Shown piece after piece: positions 55,484 to 63,690 of a DNA stretch of 64,000 nt. Positions within the stretch are counted from its first letter, which is position 1. The number at the start of each line of letters is the position of its first letter. Both the position numbers and the translations under genes were made by a program. The notes below the pieces were generated by a model. That model saw nothing but the letters and a program-made list of their open reading frames with translations, did not search any database and was not told the DNA's origin. Source of the DNA: an uncultured Thermodesulfatator sp. (GTDB taxonomy: Bacteria > Desulfobacterota > Dissulfuribacteria > Dissulfuribacterales > QOAL01); the NCBI GenBank assembly GCA_964478865.1, contig CAYZJS010000087.1, forward strand, positions 17,643 through 81,642, written 5' to 3'.

Positions 55484-56422
55484 TTATGTCATTTCCGACA
55501 GCCGGAGCAGCTTTTCGTATTCTGCATCGACCCGCTTCTGTATGTAGTCGATGTGTGCCTCGTCCAGGTGGCGGAAGCGCCTTTGACCCTTGAAATACTC
55601 GGTCACGGGCTTGGCCTTCTTTATCTTCCTGCTCATTATGTAGCGGCCCTCTATCACCTCGTAGAGGGGAAAGACCTTGGTTTCAACCGCTAGCCTGGCA
55701 AACTCGATGGAACGCTCTCCTGCAGAGCCCCACCCCGTTGGACAAGGAGAAAATATATGCACGTAAGCAGGACCCTTGACCAGGGCGGCCTTTTTTATCT
55801 TGTTCATGAGATCCAGGAAATATGCAGGTGACGCAGTGGCAACATAGGGAATGTTGTGGGCCACCATTATGGCCGGAACATTCTTCTTCCAGGTCACCTG
55901 TCCGAAACTCTTCTTGCCCGGAGGGCTGGTGGTGGTCATGGCGCCGTAGGGGGTACAGCCGGAACGCTGCACGCCGGTATTCATGTATGCCTCGTTGTCC
56001 AGGCAGACGTAAAGGAAGTCATGTCCCCTTTCCATGGCACCCGAGATCCACTGGAGGCCGATATCACCCGTGGCTCCGTCACCGCCAACTGCCAGGATAT
56101 CAATGTGCTTCTTGGGAATCTTCTTCTTCCTCTTTAGCACCTTCCTTGCAGATTCAACGCCCGAGGCCACTGCTGCCGCATTCTCGAATGCTATATGAAT
56201 CCATGGCACGTTCCAGGCAGTGTGAGGGTATGGGCTTGTGATGATTTCCATGCAGCCGGTGGCATTGCATACGATCACGTCCTTGCCCAGGGCCTTCATC
56301 ACCATTCTCAGGGCCAGTACTTCGCCACAGCCCTGGCATCCCCTGTGCCCGGGGGCCAGCGGTTCTTCCTTGGGCATACTTTTAGCTTTAAAGCCTTTAA
56401 ACTTTTCGAATTCTGGTATCAT
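55484..56422 (-). CDS. 2-oxoacid:ferredoxin oxidoreductase beta (TPP-binding) subunit, POR/VOR type
   Basis: GHRGCQGCGE is the Fe-S cysteine motif. AVGGDGATGDIG is the TPP motif. Confidence 0.9.
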   Translation of the reverse strand: MIPEFEKFKGFKAKSMPKEEPLAPGHRGCQGCGEVLALRMVMKALGKDVIVCNATGCMEIITSPYPHTAWNVPWIHIAFENAAAVASGVESARKVLKRKKKIPKKHIDILAVGGDGATGDIGLQWISGAMERGHDFLYVCLDNEAYMNTGVQRSGCTPYGAMTTTSPPGKKSFGQVTWKKNVPAIMVAHNIPYVATASPAYFLDLMNKIKKAALVKGPAYVHIFSPCPTGWGSAGERSIEFARLAVETKVFPLYEVIEGRYIMSRKIKKAKPVTEYFKGQRRFRHLDEAHIDYIQKRVDAEYEKLLRLSEMT

Positions 56423-57597
56423 TTTTCACGCACTCCAATTACTTCGTAGAGTTCACGTGGACGCTTTTTGGCAAAAGCCCTTGCCTTGTCCACTATTTCC
56501 TCAAAACGGCTCACTGTGACATCCCTTCCGCCAAGACCAGCTACAAAGCTGAATATCTTTGGAGCGCCAGGGATCTTGTAGAACATGGACCTGAGCTCGG
56601 CCCCTACAGGGCCGCAAACAGCGCCTGGAGGCAGGCAGCGGTCGATAACTGCCAGGATCTTGGTCTTTCCAACTGCCTTGCGGAATTCCTGGGCAGGAAA
56701 CGGCCTCCACAGGCGAATCCTGATAAGCCCGACCTTCTGGCCCTGGTCTCTCATTTCGTCCACGGCGGTCATGGCCGTTTCACAGATGCTTCCCATGCCC
56801 ACCAAGAGCACCTCGGCATCCTCGGTACGATATGTTTCAACTGGCTCGTATTTCCTGCCAAATACCTCTTCGAATTCCTTCCAGGCCTTCAGGACATAAC
56901 GCTTTGAGTTTTTGATCGCCTTGTCATGGGCCACCTTTGCCTCTGTGTAAACCTCAGGGATGCCGACCGGCCCCATTGTGATGGGCCTTCTGGGATCCAG
57001 TTTGTACCTTGGCTTGAAGGGCGGCAGATACCTGTCAACATCTTCCTGGTCAGGCAGTTCAATGGGTTCGATCACGTGACTCAGGGTGAAACCGTCGATA
57101 TTTACGATCATGGGCAGGGATACGTTCCTGTTCTCTGCAACCTTGAAGGCATGCAGGGTCAGATCAACCGCCTCCTGGCCGTTTTCGGCAAAGGTCTGTA
57201 TCCAGCCGATGTCTCTCTGGACCATTATGTCCTGGTGATCGTTCCAGATGCTGATGGGTGCCGACATGGCCCTGTTGGCCACCACCATGACCATGGGCAG
57301 CCTCATGGTGGCAGGGATGTAGAGGATTTCGCTCATGAGGGCCAGTCCCTGTGAGCTGGTGGAGGTAAAAACCCTGGCACCTGCTGCAGCAGCGCCGCAA
57401 CAGCAGCTCATTGCTGCATGTTCACTTTCGACAGGAACGAATTCCGCGTCCAGTTCCCCGTTTGCTACCATCTCGGAAAGGTGTTCCACTATGTGAGTCT
57501 GAGGCGTGATAGGATAGGCAGGGATGACCTCTGCCCTTGCCAGGCCTGCAGCCTCTGATATCGCTATTGAAACTTCTATTCCCACGCGTTTTGACAT
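56419..57597 (-). CDS. 2-oxoacid:ferredoxin oxidoreductase alpha subunit
   Basis: Start at MSKRVGIEVSIAISEAAGLARAEVIPAYPITPQT, behind GGAGGAGGGG. The stop overlaps the beta-subunit start. Confidence 0.9.
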   Translation of the reverse strand: MSKRVGIEVSIAISEAAGLARAEVIPAYPITPQTHIVEHLSEMVANGELDAEFVPVESEHAAMSCCCGAAAAGARVFTSTSSQGLALMSEILYIPATMRLPMVMVVANRAMSAPISIWNDHQDIMVQRDIGWIQTFAENGQEAVDLTLHAFKVAENRNVSLPMIVNIDGFTLSHVIEPIELPDQEDVDRYLPPFKPRYKLDPRRPITMGPVGIPEVYTEAKVAHDKAIKNSKRYVLKAWKEFEEVFGRKYEPVETYRTEDAEVLLVGMGSICETAMTAVDEMRDQGQKVGLIRIRLWRPFPAQEFRKAVGKTKILAVIDRCLPPGAVCGPVGAELRSMFYKIPGAPKIFSFVAGLGGRDVTVSRFEEIVDKARAFAKKRPRELYEVIGVREK

Positions 57598-57599
57598 GA

Positions 57600-57893
57600 T
57601 TACCCCTCCTCCGGAACCATTGTTATGGCGTCTTTGGGGCATTCGTGGGCACATATGCCACAACCCTTACAATATTCCATATTCGCTTCAAAATAACCTT
57701 CATCGTCCTGGTTGTATGCCATATCCGGACAAAAGATCCAGCACATTCCGCACTTGATGCACTTTTCCTTGTCCACCACCGGGCGCTGTGAACGCCAGTC
57801 TCCGGTCCTGAAGTTAACCGAGTTTCCCGGTTCCAGGATATGACAGCCAAAGGTTATTGTCTTCCAACCTACTATGGCGTCAGAATTGGCCAT
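57600..57893 (-). CDS. 2-oxoacid:ferredoxin oxidoreductase delta subunit (2x[4Fe-4S] ferredoxin)
   Basis: The CIKCGMCWIFCP and CKGCGICAHECP cluster motifs are present. Confidence 0.9.
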   Translation of the reverse strand: MANSDAIVGWKTITFGCHILEPGNSVNFRTGDWRSQRPVVDKEKCIKCGMCWIFCPDMAYNQDDEGYFEANMEYCKGCGICAHECPKDAITMVPEEG

Positions 57894-57921
57894 TTTAGTA
57901 ACTCCTTAAGTCAAGTATTTT

Positions 57922-58470
57922 TTAGTCTGTGATTACGGTCTCGTCAAAGGCCCTGGCAAGGGCAGCCTTATTCTTCTCGGCAATCCTTCCAAAACGCTTG
58001 TCCATGGCCTCTTCCAGTGCCTCCTTGCCGACAATGCCCGTTGCCTTGAGAAGGGCGCCGAGCATGGTGGTGTTCGTAATAGGAAGCCCCAGCACCTCCA
58101 TGGCTACCTTGGTGGCATCAACCATGGCAAGCTTGCTCTTGAGGCCGAACTTGTCCCTGATCTCCTGCTCGGAAAGATCCGTATTCAGGATGACGATACC
58201 GCCTTCCTTGAGGCCTTCAGCCACGTTCACAAGGGCAGGCAGTGACGGGTCCAGAACTACCACTATATCCGGGTGGTAAACCTTTTCTCTAGTCCTGATG
58301 CGGTGGTCGCTTACCCTGATGAAGGCCGCAACCGGAGCACCCCTTCTCTCAGGGCCAAAGCTTGGGAAGGCCTGTGCGAACTTGCCTTCAGCAATTGCGG
58401 CGGTAGCAACCAGCTCTGCAGAGGTTACGCCCCCCTGTCCGCCACGGCCGTGAAGTCTAACTTCTTTCAT
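57922..58470 (-). CDS. 2-oxoacid:ferredoxin oxidoreductase gamma subunit
   Basis: VRLHGRGGQGGVTSAELVATAAIAEGKFAQAFPSFGPERRGAPV is the canonical gamma N-terminus. Confidence 0.9.
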   Translation of the reverse strand: MKEVRLHGRGGQGGVTSAELVATAAIAEGKFAQAFPSFGPERRGAPVAAFIRVSDHRIRTREKVYHPDIVVVLDPSLPALVNVAEGLKEGGIVILNTDLSEQEIRDKFGLKSKLAMVDATKVAMEVLGLPITNTTMLGALLKATGIVGKEALEEAMDKRFGRIAEKNKAALARAFDETVITD

Positions 58471-58614
58471 TTGGTGGTCTCCTGTGTAAAGATTTTTGGA
58501 TTTCCGATAAAACTATCTGCTGAGGGCGCTAAATCTCCTGAAATAATACTATGAATTAAAATTCACATTCTTGCGATTTTACTGCTGTTTATTTGTCCCT
58601 CAAATCGTCATTCC

Positions 58615-58643
58615 TGTTTACAAGGCAGCCAATTCTTTGTCAA
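58615..58643 (-). promoter_or_regulatory. sigma70-type promoter candidate for the oxidoreductase operon
   Basis: The minus strand reads TTGACA-17 nt-TAAACA, about 145 nt upstream of ATG 58470. Confidence 0.35.
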
Positions 58644-58814
58644 GTGACTAAACAAGACTAATCCGATGTTTTTCCATGCAGATCCGGGCACCAGTCCGGC
58701 CCGCGGAAGCGACTGTGACTCATGGCCGCTCCGGCTGATGCTTCATCTGAACCCGCCTTCAGCCATGGCGCAAAACATGAAATCCTTCAAGGCCACAGGG
58801 GGTAAGGTCCAACG

Positions 58815-59123
58815 TCAGAGTTTCTTCCGCTCCAGCCCTAGCTGGCCCTGGTCCTCGAGATGGTAGATCCTCACCTTCCTGCTCCTTGGAAATTCTCTTT
58901 TGATCACGGTCTTGAGTATCTTGGAAAGCTGTTTCTCCGGTATCAAAAGGTCCGTCTGCTGATATCCCCTCTCCACGACCCTGTATTCCCCTTCTGAAAC
59001 CTTGAAGACTGAAACTCCCCTGTTCCTCTTGTAGGACAGGATTTCCAGGCCCTGCCCCACGGGGCTTTTCCTCAGCGCCGTTACGGCCTTTCCCAGGGCG
59101 CTTTGAATGTTGACCAGGGCCAC
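58815..59123 (-). CDS. hypothetical basic 102-aa protein
   Basis: The GTG start overlaps the DUF166 stop (TAGTG). I recognise no motif. Confidence 0.4.
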   Translation of the reverse strand: MALVNIQSALGKAVTALRKSPVGQGLEILSYKRNRGVSVFKVSEGEYRVVERGYQQTDLLIPEKQLSKILKTVIKREFPRSRKVRIYHLEDQGQLGLERKKL

Positions 59124-59767
59124 TATGAGGCTCCGGCCATTTTCAGGGCCTTTTCCAGTGCGGCCTTGTGAACCTCGCCGGCAAAATGCACGGCACTCTT
59201 GCCGCTAACCGGGTCGAAATCTGAAGGGTCGGAAAGGCACAGGTACTGGATCTCCCTCGAGATGACAGTTGGAGCATCCCCTGCCGGGACTCCCTCCATT
59301 TTCCTGCACACCTGCCAGGTGGCACCGCAGGAGGCCCCCCTTTTTACCGAAAGTGCCTTGATCCTGCCGTTCAGGAGCTCCACCCTGTATTCCGGTACGC
59401 CAAACTGCCTGCCGTATTCCCCGAGTCCCTCCTTCCTGCCAAGGCCGCAACATGTGAAGGGACAGATTGCACCAGGTATGTGCTGGCCGGATGCAATAAC
59501 CGGGATCCCCTTCTCCCTGCAAAGCTCAACCACGTACTGGCTGAGATCGGGATGTTTCAGGAAGTCAAGAACCAGGTCCCCGGAAAAGTCCCGGCTTATG
59601 TATCCTTCAGGCTCGTCTATAAGGACAGGAAGCGGCCCCCGGATATCGAAGACCCTCGAGACAGAGATGTTTCTGCCATAGACCTGGATACCGGCGATCT
59701 TGTAATCACCGGAACCGTCTTGTTCAAATATGACAATCTGTTGCCTGGCGGTGCGTGATTCAGTCAT
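59123..59767 (-). CDS. DUF166 (COG1810) Cys-rich protein
   Basis: DLVLDFLKHPDL, PFTCCGLG, FGVPEYRVELLNGRI..VKRGASCGATWQVC and QYLCLSDP match the DUF166 pattern as I remember it. The start is 3 nt after the vWA gene stop. Confidence 0.65.
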   Translation of the reverse strand: MTESRTARQQIVIFEQDGSGDYKIAGIQVYGRNISVSRVFDIRGPLPVLIDEPEGYISRDFSGDLVLDFLKHPDLSQYVVELCREKGIPVIASGQHIPGAICPFTCCGLGRKEGLGEYGRQFGVPEYRVELLNGRIKALSVKRGASCGATWQVCRKMEGVPAGDAPTVISREIQYLCLSDPSDFDPVSGKSAVHFAGEVHKAALEKALKMAGAS

Positions 59768-59770
59768 GAT

Positions 59771-62128
59771 TCAGGTGGTCAGTACCCTGTATATCTCGGG
59801 CACCCTCTTGTGAAGCAGGCGGACGTCCGGCACAAGGATGTAGTTTGCAGCTCCGTACATCCTCGGAAGATAATCCCTGGCCTCCCTGTCAACGGTAATG
59901 CAGAAGGGCCTTATACCCTTCTGGCGGGCCTCGAAAAGTGACATCCTGGTGTCTTCTATGGCATAGGGCCCCTTGTATTCATCGTAATCCTCCGGCTTTC
60001 CGTCACTCAGGGCAATGAGGATCTTGAGCCTTGCATCCACCTCGTCGAGCCTGGTGATGGCATGGCGCACCGCAGGCCCCATCCTGGTGTAGTCCCTGGC
60101 ATTTATCCCCGTGATCCGCTCTTCCACGGCGGAGTCATACTCCTGGTCAAATTCCTTTATGACAAAGGACTGGCAGCCTGTACGCTGCATGCCGGAAAAG
60201 CCGTAGATGGCATACCTGTCTCCAAGAAGTTCCATGGCCGAGGACAGGAGGACCAGGGACTCCTTGATTGCAACGTTTATCCAGCCCTCTGTTGAAGCAC
60301 TCATGTCTATGAGGAAAAGGACGGCTATGTCCCGCTGGTCCTTTACCAGCCTCGTGTAGAGGTTCTCCGAAGGGCTCAGGGATGCATGTATGTCCGTGTA
60401 GGCCTCCACGAAGGCATCTATGTCTACCTCCTCCCCGTCGCGCTGACGCCTGACATAGCGGTAATCCTGCCGCATCAGCTCAAACTGCCTCCTAAGAGAG
60501 GCCACCTGCCCCCTGTAGCGCTCAAGTACCTGGGCTACAAAATTTCCCTTTGCGGCCGGGCACATCAGTTCCTTGACCGTGCACCAGTTCTTCCTGTATG
60601 CACCCCGCCTGAAATCCCATTCAGGGTAAGTGTAAAACGTAAAGACCGGCCTTTTGTCCCGGCTGCCTTCCACCTCTATCTTGCTGTCGTATGCACCCGT
60701 TGCAAGATCAAGGGCGGTCGAGACATAGGAAGAAGGCACCCGGCCAAGATCCTGGCATATTTCCCTTACCATCCGGGACAGCTTCTCCCGTGTTTCAGAA
60801 TCGGCCTCAAGCATGAGATTTCTGAGCAGGCGGCCTGCATCATCCTGCCCCTCTTTGCCCGGATTTACGGCCACGGCAAGCGCCCCGCTGGTCTCATCAT
60901 CCGCAGGACACGAGCGATTTTTCAGGTGCCCATCCTCTTCCTTCTCCCCCTCGCACCTTTCCCTGCTTTCTTCATGCTCGGCAAGAAGTGCCCCCACTAT
61001 TTCAACGAAGGCCTGCTCCACGAGGCTTCGTCTTTCCTGCAGCCTAAGTACCAAGCTGTCCGGAAATACAGTGCCGACATACGGGAGTGCCCGTCCCGGG
61101 AATTCCATCTCCAGCCGGCCTTCCTTTTCATGTCCCAGGAGGGCACAGAGGGCTTCAGCCGAATCCAAGGCGGATGGTTCCCCGGATACAAGGCGCCTCA
61201 GGAGCTCCGGCCCTGGAAAATCCTCCGGGAAGAATGATTCCCGGTAGTCATTCAGTATCCAGAGCGCCACCCCGGACAGAAGGCCTCCTGCCTGAAAATC
61301 ATGTCCCTCCTTTTCAGCTTTTTCCCGAAGCCTTGCCTTCAGCAGGGAAAAATTCCTGGAAAGGCCCCTGTAGTCGGAAAGGAGCAGGTGCTCTATCCTG
61401 ATGGTATCAAGGAGGCAGTAGATGGAGGCCGCATCTTTTTGGGGATAGAGTTTCCGGAGGCTTTTCATGAGCACTATGAACCCGAAGGATTCAGAGGCCT
61501 TTTCCCCCGGCACCAGGTACGGCTCCAGCAGGGATGCAACGGCATCCCGGGGCATGAGAAAGGAACCGTATCGTATCTGGGCGCATTTGTGCGCAATGGC
61601 CACCCGGTAAAACAGGTGGTTTTCCTCCATTTCAGGGAACATGCTGCATGAATGAGGTGCAAAGATGGTCTCCGTGTCCGTGTGGGGCACCGGAGCCGAA
61701 TCAAACCTCGGATCCCTCTGGCTCAGGCCGGCAGAAAGAAGCCTCATGTCAGATGCCGAGTCCCTGAACATGGCAACGCGCCGTGACGTATAACGAAGGG
61801 TCGTTTCTCCAGGTGCGGAGAAGAAGTCCTTTGCAGGCTGGAGCCCCTTGGCCTCGTAAATTCCAAGGGCCTCGGTCACCCAGTCTTCAAGCTGGCTGCA
61901 CGAAAGATGTTTTAGGGCCTCTTCCACGTTTTCCATGAAACTGAATGCCAGGAGGTCGGACACCGAGCCTGAAATCAGGCGCACCAGTTTCAGGACCGGC
62001 CCTATGTGTTCACGGGGCAGCCTTTCCAGGAATTCCACTGCTGTTTCCACGTGGCAGGAGCCGATGGTATCCGTGAAAAAGATTTCCAGCAGCGCATTAT
62101 AAAGGGCCTGTGATTTCCTGTCGTCCAT
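59771..62128 (-). CDS. CbbO/NorD-like protein with C-terminal von Willebrand factor A domain
   Basis: The 785-aa protein has a C-terminal MIDAS motif in VLFLIDMSASTEG (D-x-S-x-S). It follows a CbbQ/NorQ ATPase, which is the canonical pairing. Confidence 0.75.
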   Translation of the reverse strand: MDDRKSQALYNALLEIFFTDTIGSCHVETAVEFLERLPREHIGPVLKLVRLISGSVSDLLAFSFMENVEEALKHLSCSQLEDWVTEALGIYEAKGLQPAKDFFSAPGETTLRYTSRRVAMFRDSASDMRLLSAGLSQRDPRFDSAPVPHTDTETIFAPHSCSMFPEMEENHLFYRVAIAHKCAQIRYGSFLMPRDAVASLLEPYLVPGEKASESFGFIVLMKSLRKLYPQKDAASIYCLLDTIRIEHLLLSDYRGLSRNFSLLKARLREKAEKEGHDFQAGGLLSGVALWILNDYRESFFPEDFPGPELLRRLVSGEPSALDSAEALCALLGHEKEGRLEMEFPGRALPYVGTVFPDSLVLRLQERRSLVEQAFVEIVGALLAEHEESRERCEGEKEEDGHLKNRSCPADDETSGALAVAVNPGKEGQDDAGRLLRNLMLEADSETREKLSRMVREICQDLGRVPSSYVSTALDLATGAYDSKIEVEGSRDKRPVFTFYTYPEWDFRRGAYRKNWCTVKELMCPAAKGNFVAQVLERYRGQVASLRRQFELMRQDYRYVRRQRDGEEVDIDAFVEAYTDIHASLSPSENLYTRLVKDQRDIAVLFLIDMSASTEGWINVAIKESLVLLSSAMELLGDRYAIYGFSGMQRTGCQSFVIKEFDQEYDSAVEERITGINARDYTRMGPAVRHAITRLDEVDARLKILIALSDGKPEDYDEYKGPYAIEDTRMSLFEARQKGIRPFCITVDREARDYLPRMYGAANYILVPDVRLLHKRVPEIYRVLTT

Positions 62129-62156
62129 TCCAAATCTTGAAGCAGGTCCTCCAGGG

Positions 62157-63002
62157 CTAGAATACAGCCCTTATCATCTCCTTCAGGCCGGAAAGAAGCT
62201 CCTGGTCATCGGTCAGGGGTTGGCAGATGGCGGCCTCGCATGCCCTGACCGTATCGACCCCTGCGCCCATGAGTTTTCCGGCATGAATCAGCAGCCTGGT
62301 GCTGGCCCCCTCCTGGAGCCCCTGGTCCTTCAGGTTCCTGGTAAGGTGCCCCAGACGAACCAGGCTTCGTGCAAGCTCCGGGCTGACAGCCGCCTCGTGG
62401 GCCACTATTTCCGCCTCCAGTTCCTTTTCCGGGTATGCAAATTCTATGGCGACAAAACGCTGCCGGGTACTCGGCTTGAGGTCTTTCAGAACACTCTGGT
62501 AGCCCGGGTTATAGGAAATGGCCAGCATGAACTCCCGGGGGGCCTTCAGCAGCTCTCCCTTCTTTTCCACTGGAAGGCACCTCCTGTCATCCGCCAGGGG
62601 ATGGATGACCACTGTGGTGTCCTTCCTGGCCTCCACTATTTCATCCAGATAGCAGATGGCACCCTGCCGCACTGCAACGGTCAGCGGGCCGTCCATCCAA
62701 ATGGTTTCGCCCCCTTTTATGAGGAATCTGCCCACCAGGTCGCTTGTGGAAAGATCGTCATGGCAGGAAACCGTCACCAGGGGCCTTCTGAGCCTCCATG
62801 CCATGTATTCCATGAACCTGGTCTTGCCGCATCCGGTAGGGCCCTTGAGCAGAAGGGGCAGCCTGTGCATGTATGCGGTTTCCGCAAGCTCTACTTCCCC
62901 GCCGCATGCCCTGTAATAGGGTTCTTCCTTTATAAAATAAAGAGATTCTCTCGCTTCTTTCATAACAGCTGGTTCCATGAAAGGTTGCTGAAAAGGGTCC
63001 AT
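62157..63002 (-). CDS. CbbQ/NirQ/NorQ/GpvN-family MoxR-type AAA+ ATPase
   Basis: [69 protein letters not shown] is nearly diagnostic for this family. Walker B is [10 protein letters not shown]. Confidence 0.9.
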   Translation of the reverse strand: MDPFQQPFMEPAVMKEARESLYFIKEEPYYRACGGEVELAETAYMHRLPLLLKGPTGCGKTRFMEYMAWRLRRPLVTVSCHDDLSTSDLVGRFLIKGGETIWMDGPLTVAVRQGAICYLDEIVEARKDTTVVIHPLADDRRCLPVEKKGELLKAPREFMLAISYNPGYQSVLKDLKPSTRQRFVAIEFAYPEKELEAEIVAHEAAVSPELARSLVRLGHLTRNLKDQGLQEGASTRLLIHAGKLMGAGVDTVRACEAAICQPLTDDQELLSGLKEMIRAVF

Positions 63003-63066
63003 CCCCTTTCAGGACACCGGATATTACCACAGATAGCGGTTTCAGGCACCTGGCCCTAAGGAGAAG

Positions 63067-63261
63067 GGCAAGAAGAGGCCTGAAAGGGCCCTGGAAACAG
63101 GAATCCGCCCTAACAGCTTCTAAGGCTTGGCTTCGCTGAAACGCTCCAAAGCCGCTCGCTTACGCTCGCTAAATGGAGGTTTCAGCCGCTTCGCTTCGCC
63201 TAAGAATCTGTAACGGGCTACTTCCAATGGTTTCCAAAACCCTTCCAGGCCTCCTCTTGCC
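63067..63261 (-). repeat. copy A of a long-palindrome intergenic repeat (195 nt); a possible structured RNA on the minus strand
   Basis: The 32-nt outer arms 63067..63098 and 63230..63261 pair at 27 positions. The 5 mismatches are all A-C on the + strand, which become G-U on the - strand. The inner arms are partly paired. The centre has a CTGAAAC/GTTTCAG stem. GCTTCGCTTCGC at 63188..63199 is GCGAAGCGAAGC on the - strand. Confidence 0.75.
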
Positions 63262-63407
63262 AATAGATGGTTGGAAGCTGGTTTGTTGTCCAGAAAGGAT
63301 TTACTGAACCGTTGTTACGCCGAGGCCTTTACTGGAAGGCCCCAAGGGTACCTCTAAAAATTTTGTTCAAGGCTGAGGTGCCAGATTTCGAAGATTATTT
63401 CAACAAA

Positions 63408-63428
63408 GCCCCTACATAAAAAAGGGGC
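63408..63428. other. short GC hairpin between repeat copies A and B
   Basis: GCCCCT-acataaaaa-AGGGGC. On the minus strand it is followed by TTTGTTG, so it could be a weak terminator shielding the cbbQ-like operon. Confidence 0.3.
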
Positions 63429-63513
63429 GGTTTGCTGAAAAAATACACACCAAAATTGTACTTTCATTCCAGGAGGTGGCAGATACAAGGCGCAGGGGTC
63501 ATGGGCGGACCGA

Positions 63514-63690
63514 GGCAGGGGATGGCTTTGAGTGAGACGTTGGAAATAGGCCCTAGAGATTCTTGGGCGAAGCGAAGCCAATAGAAATCCAGTCCAGCCG
63601 AGCGAGGCGAGGGAATTTATGGATTTCGGCGAAGCAAGCCCTTAGAAGCTTTTGGGCCTGCTTTCCTGTCTCCGAAAAGCCTCCCCTGCC
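63514..63690 (+). repeat. copy B of the repeat family (177 nt), inverted relative to copy A
   Basis: The outer arms are GGCAGGGGA(T)GGCTTT... and ...AAAAGCCTCCCCTGCC. GCGAAGCGAAGC lies at 63567..63578 on the + strand. The central stem is GAAATCC/GGATTTC. The inner arms align with the reverse complement of copy A. Confidence 0.75.

Noticed and set aside
60386-63059. Long plus-strand ORFs (283 aa, 144 aa, 279 aa and others)
   Set aside because: They are antisense to the CbbO-like and CbbQ-like genes, which carry MIDAS and Walker motifs. No independent support exists.
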